Positions 1 to 10,200 of a stretch of 52,709 bases of DNA are shown piece by piece; the first letter of the stretch is position 1; each line of letters starts with the position of its first letter. The notes below the pieces were generated by a model. It was not told where the DNA came from and did not search any database. It saw nothing but the letters and a program-made list of their open reading frames with translations. The position numbers and the translations under genes are program-made. The stretch is from a virus (Duplodnaviria > Caudoviricetes), in the IMG/VR virus record IMGVR_UViG_3300047300_000727, positions 1 to 52,709 of that record; one strand, 5' to 3'.

Positions 1-127
1 TTCCAACCGAGCGCAACGCGTCTACCATCACAATCGCTCCCGGCTCAACATCACAATCCATCGAACTGTACCTTGGTGCTACAGGTCTCACAGCCTCAAC
101 ATCTGGTCTCTCAGCTCGCTACAACAG
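1..127 (+). repeat. Exact 127-bp direct repeat, copy 1 (similarity continues with substitutions to about 392)
   Basis: 1-127 is identical to 32067-32193. First mismatch is a128 versus g32194. Confidence 0.97.
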
Positions 128-1091
128 AACACGCACAGCCTCTGTAAGCATCCCGCTGGTAGCCCGTACAATCGCTCAGGCGTGGACTAGCGGTGGCTTT
201 GCTGAGGTAGACGCTACCAATATGCCGGGAGTCTACAGACTCGACCTGCCTGATGCTGCACTGGCTGCAGGTGCTGACGACGTAACAGTCGTGGTGCGTG
301 GTGCATCTGGTACTAACGGTGCGGTAATGACGGTGAAGCTGAGCAGTGGTGGCTTGACATCTGCACAGACTGCCTCGGCTGTCTGGGGTGCTGACCCAAC
401 ATCGTATGTGGCAGAAACAGCATTCGGCGGCGTAGTCAACGCAACAAGGAGCGTTGCAGGAAATACAGAAATACTCGCTCAGAATACGCCATCTGCCGTA
501 TGGGATGAACTAACTACAAATCATACAACTCATGGCACATTCGGTTACAACTCACTTCGTGCAGATCAGGCAAGCAAACAAGGACTTGTGACATTAAGTT
601 CATCTGGAAATGTGAATAGAGTTGATGCAGATGTTCATGCTATTGCAAATGATATTGATGCTGCGACTGAGCTCAAAGGTGCTCTTTTACATAATGGCGT
701 CGACTACATCAGCGCAAATATGCTGAATGCATCAGCAGGTTCACCATCCATCGGTCCATACACAGTCCTACCTTCGGGAGCAGGTGCAGACAACATCGTT
801 GACCTCAACGTCGGCACAGCTTCACCGCTGGTGCTGAATCTGCTTGATGGTTCCGGCGCACCATTCAATGCATCTGGAGCGACAATCACTGCCACGGTAT
901 ACACCGCTGGAGGCTCCACAGTGACCACGTACACGGGTTCAATCATCGCAGGGTATATCGGTGCCATCAGCGTGCCATTGTCGACTGCAGTCACTGCAAC
1001 GTCTGCAACGTATACAATGCTAGTGAGTGTTGTCATCGGGACAACCACCACGGTATTCGGACCACTGAAACTGGTGGTCAGGGCTATCTGA
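3..1091 (+). CDS. 5'-truncated C-terminal part of the phage A virion fibre protein (conserved linker plus C-terminal Ig/BppU-like anchor domain)
   Basis: Frame is open from base 3 (PTERNASTITIAPG...). Nearly identical to the middle of ORF 30944..33028. Ends ...TTVFGPLKLVVRAI, like ...TTFGPFLVQLSSG. Confidence 0.8.
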   Translation, partial: PTERNASTITIAPGSTSQSIELYLGATGLTASTSGLSARYNRTRTASVSIPLVARTIAQAWTSGGFAEVDATNMPGVYRLDLPDAALAAGADDVTVVVRGASGTNGAVMTVKLSSGGLTSAQTASAVWGADPTSYVAETAFGGVVNATRSVAGNTEILAQNTPSAVWDELTTNHTTHGTFGYNSLRADQASKQGLVTLSSSGNVNRVDADVHAIANDIDAATELKGALLHNGVDYISANMLNASAGSPSIGPYTVLPSGAGADNIVDLNVGTASPLVLNLLDGSGAPFNASGATITATVYTAGGSTVTTYTGSIIAGYIGAISVPLSTAVTATSATYTMLVSVVIGTTTTVFGPLKLVVRAI

Positions 1092-1441
1092 TGAACATCA
1101 TTCCGACATACGAAGACCCGACACAAGTACAGGCATTCTCCGTGATACTCGGTGAAAACGTGCCGTACAACCTGCAGTTGATTGACACCAACGGGACAGC
1201 CGTTGATGTCACTACAGGCACGCTGTCGGTGAGCTTCACGAACAACGCGACAGGTGGAGCATACACATTTCCGTCAGGAACGACGGTGGTCACAAAGTCA
1301 TTCCCTGGACAAGGTGTCATCACGGTGAACCTGCCGACTGCATGGTCAACATCTGCAGTGGTTAGGATGACTGTGACATACACGAACGGCGCCATCGTTC
1401 GATTGTTCGGTCCTGTGCTGGTCACGGTGGTTGCACCATAA
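1091..1441 (+). CDS. Small virion protein; stand-alone paralog of the fibre C-terminal Ig/BppU-like domain
   Basis: LQLIDTNGTAVDVTTGT...RLFGPVLVTV parallels LNLLDGSGAPFNASGAT...TVFGPLKLVV. TGATG coupling with the previous gene. Confidence 0.6.
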   Translation: MNIIPTYEDPTQVQAFSVILGENVPYNLQLIDTNGTAVDVTTGTLSVSFTNNATGGAYTFPSGTTVVTKSFPGQGVITVNLPTAWSTSAVVRMTVTYTNGAIVRLFGPVLVTVVAP

Positions 1442-1887
1442 TGGATGCCGTGACCCGTGTCGACCTATCTGGATTCAACAAAGCGAATGGTATCTTCCGT
1501 GGAATCGATCGCGAACTCCGCATCGCGTGTGAGTACACCATCAAGCTCGCGAAGTCCGAGATGATGATGCCGAAGCATGGCACAGAGATTCAGTACTATG
1601 TCGGCAAGCAGACGTTCAGTGTGAAGACACGCAAAGAGCGTAAGCGCCGGATAAAAACGCACATTCAGTCTGCACCAGGCGAAGCACCAGCCATCCGCAC
1701 TGGTCAACTCTACAACAGTTTCTTCAGGCATCCGGGAGTGCGCGAGCTCGAATACATTGTCGGTGTCAACTCGCCATACGGGCGATACTTGGAACTTGAG
1801 CTCGACAGACCATTCCTGATTTCCAGTGGCACCCGAATGGGGCGTATTCTAGTGGAAAGGGTGAAGGCACTGTTCGATGGCATTTGA
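1441..1887 (+). CDS. HK97 gp10-like neck/tail-completion protein
   Basis: SAPGEAPAIRTGQLYNS and YGRYLE...RPFL motifs; lies before the tail terminator. Confidence 0.7.
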   Translation: MDAVTRVDLSGFNKANGIFRGIDRELRIACEYTIKLAKSEMMMPKHGTEIQYYVGKQTFSVKTRKERKRRIKTHIQSAPGEAPAIRTGQLYNSFFRHPGVRELEYIVGVNSPYGRYLELELDRPFLISSGTRMGRILVERVKALFDGI

Positions 1888-2356
1888 GGCGTTCGATGTT
1901 GATCAGTGGCTGTTCAACCGCCTGCTGTCCGATACTTCGCTGATGGACCTGCTGGCGGTCGACAACCGTGCTCCGAACTATCAGCAGTGCGTCTACATGC
2001 ACGTCGCGCCGGAGAAGGACCCTGTGACACTTCAGGCTGTCCAGTTTCCGTACATCGTCGTCAGACGAAGTGGAGACGGCACAGCCGATGAAACATCCAT
2101 CGGTGGCAACCGGGCTGTCGTCAAGCAGCTGTACACGGTGACAGTGTGGGACAGTCAGAGTGGTGCAGTTTCCTACGCCAGGACACGCGCCATTGCAGAT
2201 CGCGTGGACGTTTTACTGAACATGCAGTCGGTGACAGTGACTGCCGGTGCTGTGTGGCTGAATCGGAACGGTAGTGATATCGCGATGACTCCACAATCAG
2301 ACGGTCGGGTGGACTGTGGCATCCTCCAGACCTATGTCGCCACAATAACCCCATAG
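1877..2356 (+). CDS. Tail terminator / tail completion protein (DUF3168-like)
   Basis: FPYIVV and VTVWD...ARAIADRVDVLL-type pattern; synteny. Confidence 0.65.
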   Translation: MAFEAFDVDQWLFNRLLSDTSLMDLLAVDNRAPNYQQCVYMHVAPEKDPVTLQAVQFPYIVVRRSGDGTADETSIGGNRAVVKQLYTVTVWDSQSGAVSYARTRAIADRVDVLLNMQSVTVTAGAVWLNRNGSDIAMTPQSDGRVDCGILQTYVATITP

Positions 2357-2366
2357 GAGTAGGATA

Positions 2367-2795
2367 ATGCCTAAGTTTCTCGCCAAAGACGCCACAGTGG
2401 TCATCGGCTTCGGACCATTTGTGGACGGTACTGTCATCGCAACATTTTCAGCTGCGACCAGTGTCACTGGAACCGCGAAGTCGCTCAGTATCGTTCGGTC
2501 TGCAAACACCGAAAACGTGTCTGCCATCGGAGATTCCTTTGAGCAGACAATGCCTGTGTCGTATCAGGGTTCAATTAATGCTGAGTTCTACGTGACCGGT
2601 GCGCCTATCTTCGAAGGCAAAGTCGGATATGCCGTGAAGCTCACAATCGACGTTGACGGTGCTGGTACCGCTGGAAGCATCAGTCTGGTTGGTGTCGTTA
2701 CAGATCAGACACTGAGTCTGAACCCCGAATCCACTCAAAGCGAATCAGTTACCATCAAGCTTGGTGTCGCTGGATTGGCAGGGTGGACCATCTAA
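2367..2795 (+). CDS. Major tail (tube) protein
   Basis: AGGAG RBS; beta-rich 142 aa; lies between terminator and chaperone. Confidence 0.65.
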   Translation: MPKFLAKDATVVIGFGPFVDGTVIATFSAATSVTGTAKSLSIVRSANTENVSAIGDSFEQTMPVSYQGSINAEFYVTGAPIFEGKVGYAVKLTIDVDGAGTAGSISLVGVVTDQTLSLNPESTQSESVTIKLGVAGLAGWTI

Positions 2796-3169
2796 TGGGA
2801 CTGGCTGACCTCAAAAAAGCACCGAAGAAAGAACAGAAGGACCTGCTGGTCATTAACCTTCAGCCATACATCGGCGAGGAAGCATATCTGCGATTCCGTG
2901 AACCACGCGCTGCAGACTATTTTCCAAGCGCTGAGACAAACCAGAAACAGGCGCTTCTCTACCCTGAGTTTAGCGCCGGCATGTTGAAGGTTGTCCAGTT
3001 GATGGCAAAGTGCTACGAATCCGGACCCGAAGATGGCGACACTTTTGACGCGTTCAAGTCATTCGGCGATCTGGCACGCGAGCAAAAAGAACTGTTCATG
3101 GTGGTTGCTGGTGAGTTCAACACCTACTATCCACTCGACCTTGAGGGAACATCGGTCCCAAACGACTAG
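2795..3169 (+). CDS. Tail assembly chaperone (lambda gpG-like)
   Basis: Precedes the tape measure gene; in-frame slippery heptamer C CCA AAC at 3157-3163. Confidence 0.75.
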   Translation: MGLADLKKAPKKEQKDLLVINLQPYIGEEAYLRFREPRAADYFPSAETNQKQALLYPEFSAGMLKVVQLMAKCYESGPEDGDTFDAFKSFGDLAREQKELFMVVAGEFNTYYPLDLEGTSVPND

Positions 3170-3351
3170 ACGGAGCCAGCCAGAACATACTCTATACGTG
3201 TGTGAGCTGGCTCCATCGACATCCATCTGAAGTCGACCTGACTGTTTCACAGGTTGCTGAGGTGCGATATATCGGCTCCATCTGGGAGCAGGCAATCAAG
3301 GATGGGCTGGAAGCAATCCTTGAAACTCTGGCAAAACGGAGCATGTTATGA
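3157..3351 (+). CDS. -1 frameshift extension of the chaperone (gpGT-like)
   Basis: The -1 frame reads RLDGASQNILYTCVSWLHRHPSEVDLTVSQ...KRSML*. Its TGA overlaps the tape measure ATG (ATGA). Confidence 0.8.
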   Translation, partial: PKRLDGASQNILYTCVSWLHRHPSEVDLTVSQVAEVRYIGSIWEQAIKDGLEAILETLAKRSML

Positions 3352-4883
3352 ATCTCGGCGTATTCGAAATCATCTTCAAAGCGACAGGGGCTGACGGTCT
3401 CAAAAAGTCCCTGTCTGATGTCAAAGGTGAAGCAACGAAAACCGGTGATTCACTCGAAGACAGCGCAAAGAAAATGAAGTCGTTCGGTGACACCATGGCG
3501 AAACTCGCCATTGGTGGCGCCTTGATGTCATTTGGAAAGGCGGCATTCGATGCAGCTGTCGAGATGGAAGAACTGAACGCTCGACTGGTTGCCATCACGC
3601 ACAGTGGTGACAAAGCATCCAAGATCATGAAGGTTGTTCGTGAAGTCGCGAAACCTTCGCCATTCACCACGAAGCAACTCGCGGAAGCAGCGACACAGCT
3701 CGAAGCGTTCGGTGTTAACGCACAGAAAGCACTACCGAAACTCGCGAAGCTCGGAGCTGCCTTCGGAGCAGATGAGGAACACCTCCGCTCACTTGTGAGC
3801 ATTTTCGGGAAACTGAACCAGGGAATCATGCCGGACACAGAGCAACTCTCGATGTTCGGCTTGAATAAGGCGATGCTACAGGCTGAAGGGCTGAAGTTCG
3901 ACAAGAACGGCGCACTGCTGTCATCGGCATCCGAAGCGCTTGACGCACTCCAGCGACTCATCGAAAAGAAGTACGGGAACATCTTCGACATGATGGGTGG
4001 CACGACGAAGGCTGGTCTGGCAACCGTTCAGGATGCGTACACTCAACTGCTTGAATCCTTCGGACAGTTGGAACTTGCCGCCTTCAAAACGCTTGCACCG
4101 CCAATCATCGAGATGATGACAAAGTTGACCGAGTTCATGAATGCACTGAAGACTGATGGTTCGGTCGCACAGGGTGTCATGAAGGCGCTCGCTGCTTCGC
4201 TTGCGTTCGCTGGTTCGATGCAGGTCATCAATGGATTGAAGGCGCTCATTCCTATCTTTCAGGGAATATCCAAAGCACTGAAGGCTGTCGCAGCTGGTGA
4301 AGCGCTTGTGAGTGCGCTCGGTGGATGGGCTGGAATCGCCAAAGTCGCAGCCGGTCTGGTTGTCGCTGGTGGTGCAATCTGGGCAATGGACCAGATGTTC
4401 AACAGTATGGAAAAGGGCAACGCCATGAAGGGCGATGCTGCTGACCTACAAAAAGCGATGAGTGGCGGTGGTATCCCCGGTGTGACGAATCCGATGGCAA
4501 CTGCCGGCACTGGGCGCAAAGATGGAAGCATGGCATGGATTGAAGGCATGGCACGGATATTCTCGACTGCTGCCATGGTTGCCATTGAAAGCTCGAAGTT
4601 CCGCACAGGCATGGATGACTATCTGGCGCAGATCGCGAAGAATACCGGAACGACTGCGGACCTGCTCGACCTACGAAAACAAACCTTCGGAGGCGGTGCT
4701 CTTGGTGCAATGGGTGTGACTGCAGCCGAACTCCGCGAAGGTGGTCACGGTCCGGTTGCAGCTGGTGTCGGCGTCATTTCGAATGAACTGGTTCCATATT
4801 CGACTGACCTTGAACGCTCCATCAAGCGCGTATTCGCGAACGAGTATCGGAAGCAGTTCGGCAACCTGATGAGGAGACTGTAG
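3348..4883 (+). CDS. Tape measure protein
   Basis: Ala/Gly-rich helical protein with AKPSPFTTKQLAEAATQL (tape_meas_nterm-like motif); synteny. Confidence 0.88.
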   Translation: MNLGVFEIIFKATGADGLKKSLSDVKGEATKTGDSLEDSAKKMKSFGDTMAKLAIGGALMSFGKAAFDAAVEMEELNARLVAITHSGDKASKIMKVVREVAKPSPFTTKQLAEAATQLEAFGVNAQKALPKLAKLGAAFGADEEHLRSLVSIFGKLNQGIMPDTEQLSMFGLNKAMLQAEGLKFDKNGALLSSASEALDALQRLIEKKYGNIFDMMGGTTKAGLATVQDAYTQLLESFGQLELAAFKTLAPPIIEMMTKLTEFMNALKTDGSVAQGVMKALAASLAFAGSMQVINGLKALIPIFQGISKALKAVAAGEALVSALGGWAGIAKVAAGLVVAGGAIWAMDQMFNSMEKGNAMKGDAADLQKAMSGGGIPGVTNPMATAGTGRKDGSMAWIEGMARIFSTAAMVAIESSKFRTGMDDYLAQIAKNTGTTADLLDLRKQTFGGGALGAMGVTAAELREGGHGPVAAGVGVISNELVPYSTDLERSIKRVFANEYRKQFGNLMRRL

Positions 4884-7129
4884 TGGCTACAAAGTGGGGG
4901 CTGAAGGTTGAGGTCGACTGTCCGGAACCGCGTCTGAATAAGGGCAGGCTAGTGATGGGCGCCTATGGTCTGACCTGGGACAAAGCGTTCAGTGACTCAA
5001 CCTGTTTCTGGGACTCGCCTACGCAGTCGCTGATGCCGTTACCACTGCCATTGTCCGGAGCGTGGGAAACGAACTTCAGCGGACTCTATGCGCGTCTGTC
5101 GCTCACTGATCTGGTAGTGACAGGTGGTTCGTGGCGTCAATATCAGGTCAAGGGTGCCGGCGATTATTGGATAGGTCTTGACGACAATCTGACGTACGCG
5201 AGCAACATCTACACGGCTACGTCATACCCTGCGAACAGCGCGTGGTACTTCGGCGTGTGCAACTCTGACACGACATCGAACAGCAACCGTGTGATTATGA
5301 CCATCACATTCGGGTACGTCGCAGCGACTCCGGACACAGTCGGAATCAAGCTCAGATTCTTCGCGAATGGTGGATGTCAGATATTCAAGAATGGCATTCT
5401 CAAAGGGCAGTATGACCAGTCGGATTCGAACCAGACTGCAGGAAGGAATACGCCAGGAACACAGAAGATGACCGGGCAGTATCACGGCGTGTACGTGCTA
5501 CCGCACAAACGGCGTGAACTGCTGGTGATGACTTCGTGGGGGCTGAACTTCAGCCACACATTCGAAGACCTCGACCAGAACAGCACGACGAACACTATTC
5601 TTCCAGCCGGGTACATCCGGACTTTCATCGAGCAGAAACGACCATTCTTCCAAATGGCACCGATTCGCTTCAGCGCTTCGTGCTCGGCATACAGCAAGCC
5701 GATACAGCTGCGCTACGCTCCACCTACAGGCGCAACCTTCAACTGGACGGTGTGGTATGACCGCATCAGTCAAGCGACAGGCGGTGCTGGTGGCACCATC
5801 AGCATCGTGAAGCCAGACGGGACCGCATACACTCCGGATGGTGTCATCGATACCATTCGGGTGAAGGTGACGCTGACATCGAGCGACCAGATTGAAGCGT
5901 TCGGAGTGTCGCTCGCCGAAGCGTGGTATCAGCCAACACCGACAACCACGGCGAACGCTCCAGTGGACATCACGCCATATCTCCAGAATCTTTCCCTGGC
6001 TGTCGATGAGTCAGGGCGAACGACGCTCCACATGTCCGGACGTCGCAAGCGTCTGACGGATGCTGGCGTCCAGCAGGTGCAAATCACCGGAGACCGTCCA
6101 GTGCGTGTGGCGCTCTCTGATGGAGCCGTCACACCAACGTGGTCTGACATCTTCCGTGGCACGCTTCAGCCACCACAGATTCAATATGCGCGAGCTGACA
6201 ACACGACAGATGCGGATATGTCTGCGCTGGTCTTCACTGGGCAGGACAGGTCACACGACTTCACGCTTCAGATGTTCGACAGCGCGGTGATTTACGACGG
6301 CTTCACAATGGAGTCGGCAGTCAAAGACCTTGTGACGTGTTGTGGTTATGCCACAACCGACGTGACGTGGAATGACACATCAGGGTTTACACTGCCACGC
6401 TCATCGGATCTCGCGAAGGGACACGCGAATGTATGTCCACAACGCGGTGACAACGTCAACGGTATGCTGACGAAAATCAAAACCGACTATGCTGCGAACT
6501 GGTTCACTGCTTGGCAACCGACAGCGACCGGGTACAAATACGTCTGGTCGAATCCATCAAGCCTAAGCACGACACCGGTCATCACGCTATACCACAGCAC
6601 GGCTGATGCGAAGGCTCAGGGTGTGGTGGCAGGGCTGGTGTCGAAGCGTGTGATTCGGAAGTTCAGCGCACACTATGAATCACCCGAAGCGAATCAGATT
6701 GTCGTCGTCGGACAGGACCCGCGTGATGCGAGTCTTATATATGCCTTCGGCGCGGATTCAGCATCGATGGACCCGACGACTGCTCCGGCATCGAGACCGT
6801 ACAACTGGCGTGGTCGACCTGTGATGTACATCAACAGTGACCCTGCAATCACAACGCCTGCAGCAGCTGCGCAAGCGCAGACGGTACTTGCGAGTCGCTT
6901 GATGTCAGGGCGCATCCTGATCGAGTTCGAGTCGGATGTGCTGGTCGATGACGCCACGAACAGACCACTGTGGATTGGTGATGTCATCAAGCTCATGAAG
7001 CCGGGAGGAACTGTGGTGCGCGGTATATATCGCATTGTGTCGATTCCTTCGATGAACTTCGAGCGTGAGACATCGACCACCATTCTGCGTCGTGCGCAGT
7101 ATCGCTGTGTCTACATCGGGGCTGGTTAA
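4883..7129 (+). CDS. Tail tip/hub-type structural protein
   Basis: 748 aa directly after the tape measure; distant similarity to 37250..39619. Confidence 0.6.
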   Translation: MATKWGLKVEVDCPEPRLNKGRLVMGAYGLTWDKAFSDSTCFWDSPTQSLMPLPLPLSGAWETNFSGLYARLSLTDLVVTGGSWRQYQVKGAGDYWIGLDDNLTYASNIYTATSYPANSAWYFGVCNSDTTSNSNRVIMTITFGYVAATPDTVGIKLRFFANGGCQIFKNGILKGQYDQSDSNQTAGRNTPGTQKMTGQYHGVYVLPHKRRELLVMTSWGLNFSHTFEDLDQNSTTNTILPAGYIRTFIEQKRPFFQMAPIRFSASCSAYSKPIQLRYAPPTGATFNWTVWYDRISQATGGAGGTISIVKPDGTAYTPDGVIDTIRVKVTLTSSDQIEAFGVSLAEAWYQPTPTTTANAPVDITPYLQNLSLAVDESGRTTLHMSGRRKRLTDAGVQQVQITGDRPVRVALSDGAVTPTWSDIFRGTLQPPQIQYARADNTTDADMSALVFTGQDRSHDFTLQMFDSAVIYDGFTMESAVKDLVTCCGYATTDVTWNDTSGFTLPRSSDLAKGHANVCPQRGDNVNGMLTKIKTDYAANWFTAWQPTATGYKYVWSNPSSLSTTPVITLYHSTADAKAQGVVAGLVSKRVIRKFSAHYESPEANQIVVVGQDPRDASLIYAFGADSASMDPTTAPASRPYNWRGRPVMYINSDPAITTPAAAAQAQTVLASRLMSGRILIEFESDVLVDDATNRPLWIGDVIKLMKPGGTVVRGIYRIVSIPSMNFERETSTTILRRAQYRCVYIGAG

Positions 7130-10056
7130 TGGCATACCTTGACAGCACGCGCACCAGCACCTTGACTGCCACGCACAGTCAAGGTGTAACCATTCGAATC
7201 TGGAATCCATGGACAGTCAAACCGACAATCGAGACATGGCAAGAAATGTGGACCGACTTCACAATCGCTGGTCACTGTGGATTCTCGGCATCGCTTGTGT
7301 GGAACACCACGAACACCGCGACGGGTGGTCCGGGCAGTTCTTGGAACTGGCAGCTCATTGCAACAGTGACCTGCAACAATGGCGCCGGAACTAGCAACAC
7401 TGGCAACATCATTGTGTCGTCCGGGACTGCTGCAGGAACGACGCAGTACATCGATGCGACAGCCAGTATCACCGGGAATCTCACCTGCAGTCAAGGCACC
7501 GATAAACTCTGGGACATCACGGAGACCGGCTACAGTTCAACGTCCGCACCGACGCAGTGTCCACCACCGACAGCCTATCGGCAGTATGAGCTCACGACGC
7601 TCGGAGCAACGTCCACATGTTCGCTCTCGGTCAATGGTTCGAGTGTGACGGCAACGGGTGCAGCCACTTCCAGGACAACGGCGAACTATACTGCGACGCT
7701 GTCGAGCAACAGCCACACAATCGGTCCAGCCACGCACAGCTTCAGCGTCGGGTCCGTGCAGGTGAACGGCATCAATGTTCACGACATTCCGCACACTCAC
7801 ACCTTCCACGCTCAGAGTGCATCCGAGTGGTCGATGAGTGTCACCGGAATCATTGACGCATTCGGCGTCTATAACGAAGCATCCGGAACTATATCAACAT
7901 CCAGCACTTTAGACCGTGTGGTGACGCTACAGGGGCGAATACGGGCATGGGAAAGTGCCTACCCTGATGCGCTCAACGTCGTCGTCACGGGGCTTGATGG
8001 TTCATCGCGAACTGTTGGTGCATCTGGTGGAAGTTGGTCTGCATCTGACACGTTCGTCAAGTACAGCACGACGACTGTACTCAATGATCCGGTGTATGGT
8101 TCCGATACGAAAAGCACCAGTGCGAACACGGTCCCGACAAGCATCAGTGCTGCAATCACAGCTGCGAGTCTGGCAACCAACGGCGACGGAAGCGGAGACA
8201 CTCGCGTCCTGTTCAGGGGGTGGCGCTTCAATGGGTGGACCATTTCTGGGGCATCGACCTACAGTATCGCCGGTACAGGGAACGACAGAGCATTCTCTCC
8301 GCGCCAGGGAATGAGTTCCTACCGCTGGCTGGACATTCAGGTCAAAGCACAGACTGCTGCACCAGCATCAGGCGTCATTGAAATCACCGATTACAAGGGC
8401 AACACGAAGCAGTACAACGTCACTGCCACGGCGACCACATTCACGATGGTGAGCATCGACCTGTGCTCCCCGGCGTCATGGTCTGTGAGTGCGCTCCCGG
8501 TGACAGACGGCAAGGATGACCCATATCCGCGCGTCAACACCTCCAGCACGTCCTACGCTGGCTCAGAAAGCACAGATTCCGCATATTGGGGTGTGACATC
8601 CACCAGCCGGATTCGCGTGCTGTCAGGGGCGATTGACATCGGAACCACAACGCTTCGCGCAGCTTCGCTGGATACCACGTACGTGCCATCGAGCATGACG
8701 TACGCTCCGCAGCGTGTGACTCCGGCGATTGTATCTGGTGATGGAACAACGACGTGGTATTACACGCGTCGGTTCTGGCATCTGGATGCCGACGGACGCA
8801 CCGAAGAAGAAGGTGATGTGTGGTGGCAGAAAACTGTCGGTGGCGTCACGGGAGTGACGACGTACACGACACAACTGCTCGCCATCACGGACCTTGCGAC
8901 ACAGATCGGAACCAGTGACGCGAGCGTCGTTCGACATCCGGGCTGGTCTGCGACACGCTCAATCCCGAAGCCGGGTGGTGCAACCTGCACGGTCAGTCAG
9001 CCACCACTGCGCGACTGTTACCTGAACGGCGATACAGGATACGCTGTCTGGCTTTATGGTGGCGGTGCGCTCGCAACACCGAACGCGACCAGCGGGACCG
9101 ATTGGACTTATCCGCATCAGGTGATGCCATCACTTGTGGTTGCACAGACGCAGTTCGACAGCATCAATGGTGATTTCGTCCCTGACTGGTTCGACCCGTT
9201 CGATGTCAATGGCGGGACAGACTCCGCACTCTACCTGTGTGGCGCTTCACTGCTTCGAGGTATCGCACACGGCTTTGTTTTGACCAACACGGGTGGTATT
9301 GGCACGACAGCGACCATCGACCTGAAGCTCGATTCAACCTCCGCAAATCGCGGAACTGACAGCACGCTTGATTCAGCTGGTCGATACTACACCGCGACTC
9401 CGTGGGGACTCGGCGAACAGGTGCACAGCATCGTTCTGGGTTCGAACAGTATCGGCGTGAATCCGCTTCGAACCAGCAAGCGATACAAGGGCGTGTTCAG
9501 GGCAGCGTCAATCGGTGGAGCATGTACCGCTGCAGATGTCGACCTCGATCTCACAGCGACATACGGCATCATCGACAGCAGTGGGAATGTGCAGCTGTAT
9601 TTCGCACTCGGTCCGAATGCGACGAACTGGTTCAACGTCACGCCAGGAATAAGCGGTGCGACGTGTCTGTCGATGGCATACCGGAAAACGAATGATGTGC
9701 TGGTCATCGATGTTGACCATTCCGACGGCACCTGCAAGCGTTATGAGACATCCAACAGGGGGAAAACGATATCAGTGGCAACAGTACTAGGAACTGGCGC
9801 ACACGCGGCAGTCTGCATCCATCCGAACGGAAATGAGTATCACTTCTGGCGAACAAGCGCCGGAGCGATTCAACGGCTGAAGCGAGACCCGCAGGGCAAC
9901 ACCATTGTGGCTGCGTCGAACGTGGTGTCAAGCGGAGTCGGCGATGACGAGCTGGCGTGCTTCGTGCGCCTCGATGTCGTGTATCTAATCTACACGAACA
10001 CATCCGGAAGCATCATCATGGTGAGCAGTCAGGACGATGGGAACACGTTCAGTTGA
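7129..10056 (+). CDS. Large tail/baseplate protein with a C-terminal Asp-box (beta-propeller-like) region
   Basis: 975 aa, Thr/Ser/Gly-rich; SNRGKT and SQDDGNTF motifs; clear homolog of 39869..42817. Confidence 0.7.
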   Translation: MAYLDSTRTSTLTATHSQGVTIRIWNPWTVKPTIETWQEMWTDFTIAGHCGFSASLVWNTTNTATGGPGSSWNWQLIATVTCNNGAGTSNTGNIIVSSGTAAGTTQYIDATASITGNLTCSQGTDKLWDITETGYSSTSAPTQCPPPTAYRQYELTTLGATSTCSLSVNGSSVTATGAATSRTTANYTATLSSNSHTIGPATHSFSVGSVQVNGINVHDIPHTHTFHAQSASEWSMSVTGIIDAFGVYNEASGTISTSSTLDRVVTLQGRIRAWESAYPDALNVVVTGLDGSSRTVGASGGSWSASDTFVKYSTTTVLNDPVYGSDTKSTSANTVPTSISAAITAASLATNGDGSGDTRVLFRGWRFNGWTISGASTYSIAGTGNDRAFSPRQGMSSYRWLDIQVKAQTAAPASGVIEITDYKGNTKQYNVTATATTFTMVSIDLCSPASWSVSALPVTDGKDDPYPRVNTSSTSYAGSESTDSAYWGVTSTSRIRVLSGAIDIGTTTLRAASLDTTYVPSSMTYAPQRVTPAIVSGDGTTTWYYTRRFWHLDADGRTEEEGDVWWQKTVGGVTGVTTYTTQLLAITDLATQIGTSDASVVRHPGWSATRSIPKPGGATCTVSQPPLRDCYLNGDTGYAVWLYGGGALATPNATSGTDWTYPHQVMPSLVVAQTQFDSINGDFVPDWFDPFDVNGGTDSALYLCGASLLRGIAHGFVLTNTGGIGTTATIDLKLDSTSANRGTDSTLDSAGRYYTATPWGLGEQVHSIVLGSNSIGVNPLRTSKRYKGVFRAASIGGACTAADVDLDLTATYGIIDSSGNVQLYFALGPNATNWFNVTPGISGATCLSMAYRKTNDVLVIDVDHSDGTCKRYETSNRGKTISVATVLGTGAHAAVCIHPNGNEYHFWRTSAGAIQRLKRDPQGNTIVAASNVVSSGVGDDELACFVRLDVVYLIYTNTSGSIIMVSSQDDGNTFS

Positions 10057-10062
10057 TGGGTG

Positions 10063-10139
10063 GTTCCATTTTGGAACATACCACCAACCGTTTCCATTTT
10101 GGAAAAGGTTGAACTTGTAAGGAATCCTTACAGGTTCAA
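10063..10139. repeat. Cluster of three short palindromes
   Basis: GTTCCATTTTGGAAC (10063-77), TTTCCATTTTGGAAA (10091-105) and TTGAACTTGTAAGGAATCCTTACAGGTTCAA (10109-39). Confidence 0.85.
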
Positions 10140-10200
10140 AAAGAAAACCTCCGGTGATGGACAGCACCGGAGGTCTATCGGCTGGGAAGGAGTCAGCCTG
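10138..10200 (-). ncRNA. Candidate anti-Shine-Dalgarno small RNA (phage A)
   Basis: Minus strand: hairpin GGCUG-ACUCCUUCC-CAGCC, then a 10-bp stem (10147-74), then a U-tract. Confidence 0.45.
10147..10174 (-). terminator. Intrinsic terminator oriented for the minus strand
   Basis: ACCTCCGGTG/CACCGGAGGT stem, preceded on + by AAAAAGAAA (U-tract on minus). Confidence 0.7.

Noticed and set aside
1-127. Direct terminal repeat or attL/attR of a prophage
   Set aside because: It lies mid-gene, no integrase is present, and the length equals a common assembler k-mer.
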